The position numbers and the translations under genes were made by a program. DNA of 64,000 nucleotides from a virus: IMG/VR virus record IMGVR_UViG_3300022602_000028; one strand, written 5' to 3'. How positions within the stretch are numbered: position 1 is the stretch's first letter; every line of letters begins with the position of its first letter. The notes under the pieces were generated by a model that did no database searches, had not been told where the DNA came from, and saw only the letters and a program-made list of their open reading frames with translations. Positions 27,877-37,561 of this stretch are shown one piece after another.

Positions 27877-30546
27877 ATGTCTTATGTAGACGCATGGTTT
27901 GACCGTGAGAATGATATCATTCGAGTAGTTGAACGTAATAAAAAAGGTGAACGTGAGTTTCGTGACATTCCTGTCAAACACACGTTTTATGTTAAAGACC
28001 CACGCGGCAAATTTACTTCTATTTACGGCGATCCATTAACTAAGATTGTTTGTAAGAACACTAAAGAGTTACGCAAAGAACAAGCTATTAACAGTGGCAA
28101 AGAATTGTTCGAAAGCGATATTAATCCAATATTTGTCACACTAAGTGAACACTATCTAAATCAGGATGCTCCTAAACTAAATGTAGCATTTTTTGATATT
28201 GAGGTAGACTTTGATCCAGAACGTGGTTATGCAAGTCCAGACGATGCATTCATGCCAATTACTGCGATTGCTGTCTACCTACAATGGTTAGAAACTATGG
28301 TATGTATGGCTATTCCGCCTAAAGGTGTTAGCATGGAAGATGCCAAAGAAATGGTTAAAGATTTTCCTAATACTTACTTGTTTGACAATGAAGGTGAATT
28401 GTTAAGTATGTTCTTAGATCTTATACAAGATGCAGACGTACTTAGTGGTTGGAACAGTGAAGGATTTGACGTACCTTATACTACAAATAGAGTAACAAAA
28501 GCATTATCAAAAGAAGATACCCGTAGATTTTGTTTGTTTGATCAATTTCCTAAACGCAGAGAATATGAAAAATTTGGTCGTGATAGTGTAACCTATGACT
28601 ATATTGGTCGCGTTCATTTAGACTATCTTGAGTTGTACCGTAAGTATACGTATGAAGAACGCCACAGTTATAGACTTGATGCAATTGCAGAATATGAGCT
28701 AGGTAAGCGTAAAACACAATATGAAGGTACACTAGACCAACTATACAACAATGATTTTAAAACGTTTGTCGAATATAATATTAACGACTGTAAACTATTA
28801 GACGACTTAGATAAAAAATTAAAGTTCATGGATCTTGCCAATACATTGGCACATGAAAATACAGTATTGCTACAAACTACAATGGGTGCGGTAGCTGTAA
28901 CTGAACAAGCTATTATTAACGAATGCCATCGCAGAGGCATGCAAGTGCCTAACCGTACAAAAATGAGTGATCGTGAAGAAAATACTGCGGCGGCCGGTGC
29001 GTATGTTGCACATCCTAAAGAAGGTATCCAAGACTGGGTCGGATCATTAGATATTAACAGTCTTTATCCTAGTGCAATTCGTGCGTTGAACATGGGCCCA
29101 GAAACTATTATTGGTCAATTAAGGCAGACACGAACAGAGGAATTTATTGAAACCCAGATGGCAAAAGGCAAATCATTTGCGGCATCTTGGGAAGGTAAAT
29201 TTGGAGCAGATGAATATGAAAGTGTAATGGCTCAAGAGATTGGCACTGACATTACCATTGATTGGGAAAATGGAGACACTGATATTCTAAGTGCGGCAGA
29301 AGTTTATAGACTTATATTTGAAAGTAATCAGCCTTGGATGCTTTCGAGTAATGGCACTATTTTTACCTACGAAAAAGAAGGTATTATTCCGGGGCTACTT
29401 AAAAGATGGTATGCTGAACGTAAAGAGATGCAGGCCAAATTAAAGGAAGCAATAAATGCTGGAAACAAAGTTGAAGAAGAATACTGGGATAAACGACAAC
29501 TCGTTAAAAAGATTAATCTTAACAGTCTCTATGGCGCTATTCTTAATAGCGGTTGTAGGTTCTTTGATAAGAGAATCGGACAATCAACAACACTGGTCGG
29601 GCGCCAAATTGCAAAACATATGGCGAGTAAAGTAAATGAGATTATCACAGGAGAATACGACCACATAGGAAAAGCAGTTATCTATGGAGATACAGACTCT
29701 TGTTATTTTAGTGCATACAAAACTCTAAAGAAAGATATTGATAGCGGATTAATTCCCTGGAGTAAAGAAAATGTAATTCAATTGTATGATCAAATTGGCG
29801 AGGAAGTCAACACAACATTTCCACAGTTTATGCTAGACTATTTTCATGTTCCAAAAAGTCGCGGAGAAGTTATACGTGCAGGTCGTGAAATTGTTGGTAG
29901 CAAAAGTTTATTCATTACTAAAAAACGTTATGCTGTATTATATTATGATAAAGAAGGTAAACGTGCAGACGTAGATGGTAAGCCTGGTAAAATAAAAGCT
30001 ATGGGTTTGGATCTAAAACGTAGCGATACTCCTGAATTTATACAAAACTTTTTAAGTGATGTTTTAGAAATGGTCTTAATGGGTAAGCCTGAACAAGAAG
30101 TATTAACACACATCGCCGAATTTCGTACGCAGTTCAAAGGAAGACCCGGCTGGGAAAAAGGATCTCCTAAACGTGCTAATAAGATTACAGAATACCAAGC
30201 TAAGGAAGCTAAGGCTGGCAAGGCCAATATGCCAGGGCATGTACGTGCAAGTATCAACTGGAATACTTTAAAACGTATGTTTAACGACAAATATTCTATG
30301 AGTATTACAGATGGTGCAAAAGTTATTGTTTGTAAACTCAAGCCTAATCCGTTAGGTTTCACATCAGTTGCTTATCCTGTGGATGAACTGAGGTTACCAC
30401 AGTGGTTCAAAGATTTACCTTTTGATCACGCTGAGATGGAACAAACCATCATAGATAACAAGTTAGATAACTTGATCGGTGTACTAAATTGGGATATCCA
30501 AAGCACTGAAGAAAAAAATACATTTAATAATTTATTTGAGTTTTAA
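27877..30546 (+). CDS. Family B DNA polymerase with 3'-5' exonuclease
   Basis: DIEVD, GWNSEGFD, YNINDC, DINSLYPS, KINLNSLYG, YGDTDS; no intein. Confidence 0.97.
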   Translation: MSYVDAWFDRENDIIRVVERNKKGEREFRDIPVKHTFYVKDPRGKFTSIYGDPLTKIVCKNTKELRKEQAINSGKELFESDINPIFVTLSEHYLNQDAPKLNVAFFDIEVDFDPERGYASPDDAFMPITAIAVYLQWLETMVCMAIPPKGVSMEDAKEMVKDFPNTYLFDNEGELLSMFLDLIQDADVLSGWNSEGFDVPYTTNRVTKALSKEDTRRFCLFDQFPKRREYEKFGRDSVTYDYIGRVHLDYLELYRKYTYEERHSYRLDAIAEYELGKRKTQYEGTLDQLYNNDFKTFVEYNINDCKLLDDLDKKLKFMDLANTLAHENTVLLQTTMGAVAVTEQAIINECHRRGMQVPNRTKMSDREENTAAAGAYVAHPKEGIQDWVGSLDINSLYPSAIRALNMGPETIIGQLRQTRTEEFIETQMAKGKSFAASWEGKFGADEYESVMAQEIGTDITIDWENGDTDILSAAEVYRLIFESNQPWMLSSNGTIFTYEKEGIIPGLLKRWYAERKEMQAKLKEAINAGNKVEEEYWDKRQLVKKINLNSLYGAILNSGCRFFDKRIGQSTTLVGRQIAKHMASKVNEIITGEYDHIGKAVIYGDTDSCYFSAYKTLKKDIDSGLIPWSKENVIQLYDQIGEEVNTTFPQFMLDYFHVPKSRGEVIRAGREIVGSKSLFITKKRYAVLYYDKEGKRADVDGKPGKIKAMGLDLKRSDTPEFIQNFLSDVLEMVLMGKPEQEVLTHIAEFRTQFKGRPGWEKGSPKRANKITEYQAKEAKAGKANMPGHVRASINWNTLKRMFNDKYSMSITDGAKVIVCKLKPNPLGFTSVAYPVDELRLPQWFKDLPFDHAEMEQTIIDNKLDNLIGVLNWDIQSTEEKNTFNNLFEF

Positions 30547-30547
30547 T

Positions 30548-31318
30548 ATGAAAATTATAATTGCAGGATATGGATTTGTCGGTAAGGCAGTAGCAAGAAC
30601 ATTGGAAAAAGGTCACGAGTTAGTAATCATTGATCCAAAATACAGCGATGAAACTATCGCTAATCACCCAGATGCAGATGGCATTATTATCTGTGTAGGT
30701 ACTCCGCATACTAAAGAAGAAGCATGTGATGATAGCCAAGTATATGCTGTAATGGAAAACGTTCCAGTATTCATGCCAGTGTTAGTCAAATCTACAATAG
30801 TTCCAGATCAATTGTTTGCAATACAAACAGCGTTTCCTAAGCACAGTATCTGTTACAATCCAGAATTTTTACGAGCAGTTAGTGCAGTTGAAGATTTTGC
30901 CAATCAGAAATATATGGTGTTAGGTGGCGAAGATCCGGAAGGTTTTTGGCAAGAAGTTTTTACAGAAGTATTGCCCGACTGTAAATTATATTTTTACTGT
31001 AGTGTAACAGAAGCATCATTAGTAAAATATAGTATCAATAGTTTTTTAGCTACAAAAGTAGCGTTCTTTAATCAACTATATGATCTATGCAATATTAGTG
31101 GTGCAGACTATAATTTAGTAAGACAGATTATTACACACGATACTCGCGTGGGTGCTAGTCATACAGTTGTTAGTTTCGATGGAGATAGAGGGTTCGGCGG
31201 AACATGTTTTCCAAAAGATACCAACGCTCTTATTGAATATGCAAATCGAGCAAATACGCCACTTACTATATTAGAATCAGCAGTAGAATATAATAAAACG
31301 ATAAGAAAAAAACCTTGA
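30548..31318 (+). CDS. UDP-glucose/GDP-mannose 6-dehydrogenase-like protein, short form
   Basis: GYGFVG, CVGTP, KSTI, NPEFL, KYSINSFLA, GFGGTCFPKD; C-terminal domain absent; start set to ATG 30548. Confidence 0.85.
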   Translation: MKIIIAGYGFVGKAVARTLEKGHELVIIDPKYSDETIANHPDADGIIICVGTPHTKEEACDDSQVYAVMENVPVFMPVLVKSTIVPDQLFAIQTAFPKHSICYNPEFLRAVSAVEDFANQKYMVLGGEDPEGFWQEVFTEVLPDCKLYFYCSVTEASLVKYSINSFLATKVAFFNQLYDLCNISGADYNLVRQIITHDTRVGASHTVVSFDGDRGFGGTCFPKDTNALIEYANRANTPLTILESAVEYNKTIRKKP

Positions 31319-31343
31319 CATAGTCACAAAACCTAAGTATAAT
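31315..31343 (+). promoter_or_regulatory. Sigma70-type promoter (consensus)
   Basis: TTGACA(31315-31320)-N17-TATAAT(31338-31343). Confidence 0.85.
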
Positions 31344-31363
31344 CATAAAACATGGAGAATCAT

Positions 31364-32095
31364 ATGAAAGACTTTTTACAAGACCTAGTAGCACATACGC
31401 ATAGCCTAGGATTTTTACCACTAATTAAAATTAGTGCAACCGATAAAGAAACAGTTATTGAATCAATGGCCGAAGACCGTAGCGTTATTCTTAATGCTAA
31501 GACTAAAGAAGCTATTGAAGATTTAGATGGAGTGTTTGGTATGCCTAACTTAAACAAGTTAGACATTCATTTGAAATGCCCAGAATACAAAGAAAATTTT
31601 ACTATTAAGGTAGTTAAACAAGTACGTAACGGAGAAGAAATTCCTACAGGATTACATTTCCAAAACGGTGCTGGCGACTTTGAAAATGATTATCGTTTTA
31701 TGAATAGCGATATTATCAATGACAAATTAAAAACTGTTAAGTTTAAAGGTGCAACTTGGAACATTGAATTCCAGCCAACTATGGCTAGTATACAAAAATT
31801 AAAATTCCAAGCTACTGCTCACACAGAAGAACAAGTATTCCAAGTTAGAACAGAAGATAGTAATCTAGTGTTTAGTTTTGGAGATGCGAGTACACATGCT
31901 GGATCGTTTACATTCCAAGCAGGCATTAATGGCAAATTAAAACAAGCATGGTCTTGGCCTGTCGTACAAGTTATGAGTATTCTTAATTTAACTGGCGACA
32001 AAACCATGCGTATTAGTGATCAAGGTGCTCTACAAATTACTGTAGACAGCGGTATTACAGAATACGAATACATTCTTCCAGCACAAAGCAAATAA
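31364..32095 (+). CDS. DNA sliding clamp (T4 gp45-like)
   Basis: ~243 aa, replication context, terminal YEYILPA; GGAG RBS 6 nt before ATG 31364. Confidence 0.7.
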   Translation: MKDFLQDLVAHTHSLGFLPLIKISATDKETVIESMAEDRSVILNAKTKEAIEDLDGVFGMPNLNKLDIHLKCPEYKENFTIKVVKQVRNGEEIPTGLHFQNGAGDFENDYRFMNSDIINDKLKTVKFKGATWNIEFQPTMASIQKLKFQATAHTEEQVFQVRTEDSNLVFSFGDASTHAGSFTFQAGINGKLKQAWSWPVVQVMSILNLTGDKTMRISDQGALQITVDSGITEYEYILPAQSK

Positions 32096-32274
32096 TGATC
32101 GAACTTCATAAACGTACCGTACTAAGAGCATTAAGTTATAGAATAGTAGCATTACTGATAACTGCTGTCTGGACCGGTTTAAGCGATGCAGTTATAATAC
32201 ATGTTATCCTAACTGCGGTACATTACGTTATGGAACGAGCATGGTTAAAAATAAAATGGGGCAAAATTGAATAA
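32095..32274 (+). CDS. Small membrane protein (DUF2061-like), not in the ORF track
   Basis: MIELHKRTVLRALSYRIVALLITAVW...HYVMERAWLKIKWG, 59 aa, TAATG-coupled. Confidence 0.7.
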   Translation: MIELHKRTVLRALSYRIVALLITAVWTGLSDAVIIHVILTAVHYVMERAWLKIKWGKIE

Positions 32275-33973
32275 AAATCTAACAGCAACGCAAAACGACT
32301 ATGCGTACTTTCTGCCGGCAACGTCAGGTTTTTACAGCACCTACATAGGTAAACAACGTCACGGCAACTATGTAGATCCAGCACGTATTCCAGCCAGCTT
32401 TGGTCCCATGGGTATCGAAGCAATGAATTATCTAAATCCCAATGCGGCATTTTACTTCGATCATTGTTTGTATTCAGCAGGTCATGCTAATTTAGATTTG
32501 TCTAAACCCGATCCTAGCGAAGATATGTTTCGCAACAGGGATCGTACAACAAGTTGGGTTTTAGGTGATTCGGGCGGATTCCAGATTGGTAAAGGCGTAT
32601 GGGCAGGAGAATGGAGAGATCCTAATGGCCCTGAAGTGGCAGCTAAATGGAAGGAAGTTCACGCATTAGGAGTCGAACTTGTGCCACAACTGCATCCAAC
32701 TGGAGATCCTAAACTAGATAAAAATGGAAATCCGAAATATACTAAGATTGATCATGTTAAAAACTATCAAGCATTACTAGATGCGGCGCAGAAAAAACGT
32801 GAACAAGTGTTAGCATGGATGGATGCATTAATGGATTACGGAATGGTGCTTGATATTCCAGCATGGGTTGAACGTAGCCCTGTTGGAAAGAAGGCCACTG
32901 GTATTAGTTCATATCAACAAGCTGTAAATGCTACAAAATACAATAACGAATATTTTATTAAACACCGTACAGGTGCTTGTAAATTTTTAAATGTATTGCA
33001 AGGTGAAAATCACGCACAAGCAGAAGATTGGTATCAGCAAATGAAGGATTTTTGCGATCCTAACATATATGGCGATAAGGCTTTTAATGGCTGGGCTATG
33101 GGTGGACAGAATATGTGTGATGTCGAATTAACATTGCGCAGACTAGTGGCATTAAAATTTGATGGTCTTCTTGAAAAAGGACATCAAGATTGGATGCACT
33201 TCCTAGGAACTAGTAAATTGGAATGGGCATTATTATTAACTGACATACAACGTGCAATAAGGAAATATCATAATGAAAACTTTACCATCTCTTTTGATTG
33301 CGCCTCACCGTTCCTTGCAACCGCAAACGGACAAATCTATGTCCAAACAGAAATTAAGGACAGAGAAAAGTGGCTCTACCGTATGTTGCCGTCTCTTGAT
33401 GACAAAAAGTATGCTAAAGACACAAGATTATTCCAAGACGTAGTAGTACAAGATAAACATTTCGAGTCTTTTACTACTAGCCCATTAATGGATGGAGTAG
33501 AAGTTAATAAGATTTGTATATATGGGCCCGGTGATCTAAATAAGATAGGTAAAGAAGGTAAAACAAGTTGGGATAGTTTTACCTATGCTATTATGATGGG
33601 TCATAATGTATGGTTGCATTTGAATAGTGTACAAGAGGCAAATCGTCAATATGATGCTGGTCTTTGTCCTGCTATGCTAGTAGATGAAAAATTTGATCGA
33701 ATATACTTCAAAGATATCGTAGATGCTATTTTTAGTGCTCCTGATCGAGACACTGCTAATGCAATTATCGACGGATTTGATAAATTTTGGCAAGCTATTC
33801 CGGGAACTAGAGGATATACGGGCAAACGTACAGTTAATGCCAGTACTAAATTCTTCGAATTGTTTGAAGAAGTAGAAGAAGATAGTGTACAATTAGAAGA
33901 AGAAACCGATTTTGACGAGTCGGCAATTGATAAACTCGATGCTTTAGAAGCAAGCGTACATGACATTACCTGA
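32267..33973 (+). CDS. tRNA-guanine transglycosylase-fold protein (DpdA-like DNA deazaguanine transglycosylase candidate)
   Basis: DSGGFQ, VLDIP, VLQG, GWAMGG, HFLGT, SFDCASP, GHN align with the TGT catalytic motifs. Confidence 0.8.
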   Translation: MNKNLTATQNDYAYFLPATSGFYSTYIGKQRHGNYVDPARIPASFGPMGIEAMNYLNPNAAFYFDHCLYSAGHANLDLSKPDPSEDMFRNRDRTTSWVLGDSGGFQIGKGVWAGEWRDPNGPEVAAKWKEVHALGVELVPQLHPTGDPKLDKNGNPKYTKIDHVKNYQALLDAAQKKREQVLAWMDALMDYGMVLDIPAWVERSPVGKKATGISSYQQAVNATKYNNEYFIKHRTGACKFLNVLQGENHAQAEDWYQQMKDFCDPNIYGDKAFNGWAMGGQNMCDVELTLRRLVALKFDGLLEKGHQDWMHFLGTSKLEWALLLTDIQRAIRKYHNENFTISFDCASPFLATANGQIYVQTEIKDREKWLYRMLPSLDDKKYAKDTRLFQDVVVQDKHFESFTTSPLMDGVEVNKICIYGPGDLNKIGKEGKTSWDSFTYAIMMGHNVWLHLNSVQEANRQYDAGLCPAMLVDEKFDRIYFKDIVDAIFSAPDRDTANAIIDGFDKFWQAIPGTRGYTGKRTVNASTKFFELFEEVEEDSVQLEEETDFDESAIDKLDALEASVHDIT

Positions 33974-34220
33974 CGAAAGATTTAAAAGTATACAGCGAAC
34001 TGAAGAGTTTCTACAGGACCTAATGAATCCTCAAAAAACTCCACGTATTCCAAAAGAAATACGTGAACAAGCTCGCTGGTGCTTGCGTCATTATCCTAGT
34101 TATCATAATTTGAAAGAATTAGAACGTGCGGCTCCTAATGTCGTGCAAGAACGTATGGAAGATGTTAGTCGTATGATCAAGTATTGGGAAGAAGGAAAGA
34201 AATTTACAAATGAAAACTAG
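33960..34220 (+). CDS. Hypothetical protein
   Basis: MTLPDER...TPRIPKEIREQARWCLRHYP, a recurrent phage small-protein pattern. Confidence 0.7.
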   Translation: MTLPDERFKSIQRTEEFLQDLMNPQKTPRIPKEIREQARWCLRHYPSYHNLKELERAAPNVVQERMEDVSRMIKYWEEGKKFTNEN

Positions 34221-35091
34221 TCTTGTTGTAGGTATGGGCATTGGCAATCTATATGTTAAAGTATTAACTGAACTTGGTCACGGTGTAATTACCGTAGATA
34301 GCGACCCAAATAAAGGTGCAGATTTTCAAACTGTGGATTCAGCTATTATTAAATGCCACATGTTTGATACTGTACACATTTGTACTCCTAACTTTACGCA
34401 TTTCGAGCTTGCGGCTAAACTAGCGCCTTATACAAAGATTGTTTTTATTGAAAAACCAGGTGTTGCTACTAGTCTCACATGGGCTAAACTTATAACCACA
34501 TTCCCTCAAACACGATTTATGATGGTTAAAAACAATATGTGGCGTAGTAATATAGATGAATTAAAGTTACAAGCATTAAGAGCCCGGTATGTTGATTTGT
34601 TTTGGTGTAATAAAGATCGTGTACCTAACCCTGGAACTTGGTTTACTACAAAAAAATTAGCATTTGGAGGTGTTAGTAGAGATTTAATGCCACATTTATT
34701 AAGTTTATATATTGCCCTTAATCCAAACTGGCGTAAAGAACTGTTAAAAGATTATGGTTCTAATAGGCAATGGGAGTTAAAGGATTTAACTCAAACTGAT
34801 TACGGTGTTGTTAAATCAGATGGAATATATGATGTCGACGATCATTGTTATATAGATTTTGGAAATAAATGGTCGTTAGAAGCTAATTGGAGAAATACCA
34901 CCGATGATTTAAGGCGGATTGATTTTCATACCAATGATGGATTAATAGAAAGTTTTGAATTAGGGTTATGTCCAGAAGAAGCATATTCAAATATGATCAA
35001 AGATGCTATAGACAATATGGATAATTATCAATTCTGGTTAAATCAATATGACATTGACCTTTGGATCCACGAACAAGTAGAAAAATTATGA
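34210..35091 (+). CDS. Gfo/Idh/MocA-family NAD(P) oxidoreductase
   Basis: VVGMGIG, ICTPNFTH, IEKPG, GG...DLMPH. Confidence 0.85.
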   Translation: MKTSLVVGMGIGNLYVKVLTELGHGVITVDSDPNKGADFQTVDSAIIKCHMFDTVHICTPNFTHFELAAKLAPYTKIVFIEKPGVATSLTWAKLITTFPQTRFMMVKNNMWRSNIDELKLQALRARYVDLFWCNKDRVPNPGTWFTTKKLAFGGVSRDLMPHLLSLYIALNPNWRKELLKDYGSNRQWELKDLTQTDYGVVKSDGIYDVDDHCYIDFGNKWSLEANWRNTTDDLRRIDFHTNDGLIESFELGLCPEEAYSNMIKDAIDNMDNYQFWLNQYDIDLWIHEQVEKL

Positions 35092-35993
35092 AAGTAAAAT
35101 GTTTGCAAACTAACGGTCAAGGTTGGTTTGATGAAGTTGAGTACGATAAACCTGAACCAAATACTTATGAAATTGAAGTTAAATCGTTAATGACAGGTGT
35201 TTGTCGTAGCGACATTGATATGATGATGGGCGAATTCGGGCCATTACCGTTGCACATGCAAGGTCACGAAGGGTTAGGCATTGTAACCAAAGTTGGATCA
35301 GGCATTGCTAAAACCAACGTTGGCGATATTGTTGCTACACGAGGTGAACCAGCGTATGCCGATTATTATAATGTTAGAATTGAAGAATTTGTAGTAGTCC
35401 CCGAAGCTAATCCTAAATATATTCTTGAACCAGTAGCGTGTGGACTCAATCTTATTAATCAGGCTAAAGAACAATTATTAGATAGACAAGGTCAAAGTGA
35501 AAACACACGTATGTTAATTATTGGTAGTGGTTTCCTTGCTTGGGTTGCTTATCATGCTATGCGCCTAAATGGTTATATCTTTCATGTAGATGTGCTTGGA
35601 CACAGCAATAAAGATTTGTGGGGAGATAAACTTTTATCAAGCACTATTGAAAATTATGATGTTGTTGTAGATCTTAGTGGAAATTATGAGCTAGGTTTAC
35701 AAATTAACCTAAATAATAATGCATTAATTATCGATGGAGTTGGCAAAGCAGTATCTAAACAAGAAGCGCAATCTCAACTTTGGAAGGCTGTTACTACTAT
35801 TAAGCCAAGTCCACGTAATCCTTATTTTATTGATTGTATGCAAATGGCAAGGTATTTTATCGAAAACGGTTACTTAGAGGTTGATTCTTTTTGGACAAAA
35901 TGTTACAATCGTACTACAGAGTGGGAACAAGCGTTTGCGGATGGCGTTAATCGTCCGAGTGGTTACAGCAGAGGTTATATTAAATGGGATTAA
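35088..35993 (+). CDS. Zn-dependent medium-chain dehydrogenase (GroES-like ADH fold)
   Basis: GVCRSD, GHEGLG, EPVACG, IIGSGFL; start set to ATG 35088. Confidence 0.85.
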   Translation: MKVKCLQTNGQGWFDEVEYDKPEPNTYEIEVKSLMTGVCRSDIDMMMGEFGPLPLHMQGHEGLGIVTKVGSGIAKTNVGDIVATRGEPAYADYYNVRIEEFVVVPEANPKYILEPVACGLNLINQAKEQLLDRQGQSENTRMLIIGSGFLAWVAYHAMRLNGYIFHVDVLGHSNKDLWGDKLLSSTIENYDVVVDLSGNYELGLQINLNNNALIIDGVGKAVSKQEAQSQLWKAVTTIKPSPRNPYFIDCMQMARYFIENGYLEVDSFWTKCYNRTTEWEQAFADGVNRPSGYSRGYIKWD

Positions 35994-36499
35994 ACACAGA
36001 AGAACGACAAGATGTTGTTTATTTCACAGGTTATGAAGTGGAGCATACTATTTGTCATAGTATGTTTACCTTATTTGTTGTAGGAACTCCTCCTATCGAA
36101 GAAATCCTTACAAAAGCTGAAGAAAGTAAAGTAAAACATATCTACTTTGGCACTAGTCAAAGTTTTAATCCTAAATCGATTAGCCACGGAGAATACAAAC
36201 GCTGGGATGATGTTATTATTCCGTGTTTAAAGAAAGACTATTGGGTAACTCTAGACTTTGGTGTTGAACATATTGAAGGTGTATTAGAATCTTCTTATAA
36301 CGAATATCCACGTTTTGTTCCTATGATTAGTGTTAAACTACCGTATATCAATCAACTTAACTATAATGCTACACTTAAACTTGATGATCGCACTTGGGGT
36401 GCTACAAATCCCGGTGTATGGACACATCAACTACACGATCTAATGAGTAAAGACAAATACACTTATTGGGATCAATATACACAAGATACAACGCTGTGA
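35984..36499 (+). CDS. Hypothetical protein in the modification cluster
   Basis: 171 aa; EVEH, TLFVVG, HIYFG, VTLD, KLDD...NPGVW. Confidence 0.75.
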   Translation: MGLNTEERQDVVYFTGYEVEHTICHSMFTLFVVGTPPIEEILTKAEESKVKHIYFGTSQSFNPKSISHGEYKRWDDVIIPCLKKDYWVTLDFGVEHIEGVLESSYNEYPRFVPMISVKLPYINQLNYNATLKLDDRTWGATNPGVWTHQLHDLMSKDKYTYWDQYTQDTTL

Positions 36500-37146
36500 A
36501 TAATTATATAATTCCTACAACAGTAGTAGATAATTTTTTTGATAATCCCTTAATGGTTAGAGATTATGCATTAAGGCAAGAATATCAAACCGACGATGAG
36601 AGTCGATGGCCCGGTGAACGGTCTTTGCCTTTGCATAAATTGGATAAGAATTTTTTTGACAATACTATAACAAGGTTTTTAAAAATATTTTATCCTGCAA
36701 ATCATACCTATGCATGGAGCTCAACTGGATGTTTTCAAAAAGTAAGTTCAATATATGATAGTGGGTGGGCACATGTCGACGATGCCTTGATTACCGGAAT
36801 TATATATTTAGATGATGATGCTACACCTGATGCAGGAACAACTGTATATGATTCAGCAGTTATGGCTCCGCAAGCATTACATCAAGATAAATTTGCAGAA
36901 ACAATAAAAGATCCTAAGAAAAATATTGAATATAAAAATTATAGAGAAGAAAATAATAAACAATTTTCAGAATCTATTATAGTTAAAAATAAATTCAATC
37001 GATTAGTTGCATTTGATAGTCATATGTATCATGCCGCTAATAATTTTGTAAAAAATAATACGTCTGATAGATTGACATTAGTGTTTTTTATCTATAAACT
37101 ACAAGTAGATCAGTTTCCGTTACAACGCTTTAAAAGAGAAAATTAA
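36496..37146 (+). CDS. 2OG-Fe(II) oxygenase-like protein
   Basis: GWAHVD...TGIIYL...GTT...FNRLVAFDSHMYHAA...RLTLVFF; start set to GTG 36496. Confidence 0.75.
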   Translation: MNNYIIPTTVVDNFFDNPLMVRDYALRQEYQTDDESRWPGERSLPLHKLDKNFFDNTITRFLKIFYPANHTYAWSSTGCFQKVSSIYDSGWAHVDDALITGIIYLDDDATPDAGTTVYDSAVMAPQALHQDKFAETIKDPKKNIEYKNYREENNKQFSESIIVKNKFNRLVAFDSHMYHAANNFVKNNTSDRLTLVFFIYKLQVDQFPLQRFKREN

Positions 37147-37541
37147 TGATTATTAAACAAGATATTAGACCAAATAAAATGATCTGGGTTACTTTTCAAA
37201 AGGAAGGTATCCACTGCTATCCAGCGGCCGCAACAGATCCAAAATTAGCAACAGGAGACATGTATGACGTATCGTTTCTTGGTACTCCTCATCGTCACAT
37301 CTTTCATTTCAGGGTGTGGCTTAGTGTGCAACACAATGACAGAGATGTCGAGTTCATACAATTCAAGCGATGGCTCGAGTCGCTGTATAATGGTCAAGAT
37401 TCCGTTTTGAAACTTGACTATAAAAGTTGCGAGATGATGTCAGATGATTTATATGACACAATCTCAGCAAAGTATCCAGATCGTGAGATTTGGATTGAAG
37501 TCTCCGAAGACGGAGAAAATGGTTCTTTTATTAAGTATTGA
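37146..37541 (+). CDS. T-fold QueD/PTPS paralogue (DpdL-like candidate)
   Basis: LGTPHRHIFHF, DRDVEFI, SCE, VSEDGENG; lacks the QueD CxxxHGH cysteine. Confidence 0.65.
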   Translation: MIIKQDIRPNKMIWVTFQKEGIHCYPAAATDPKLATGDMYDVSFLGTPHRHIFHFRVWLSVQHNDRDVEFIQFKRWLESLYNGQDSVLKLDYKSCEMMSDDLYDTISAKYPDREIWIEVSEDGENGSFIKY

Positions 37542-37561
37542 TATAAACAAGGAAAGCTATT

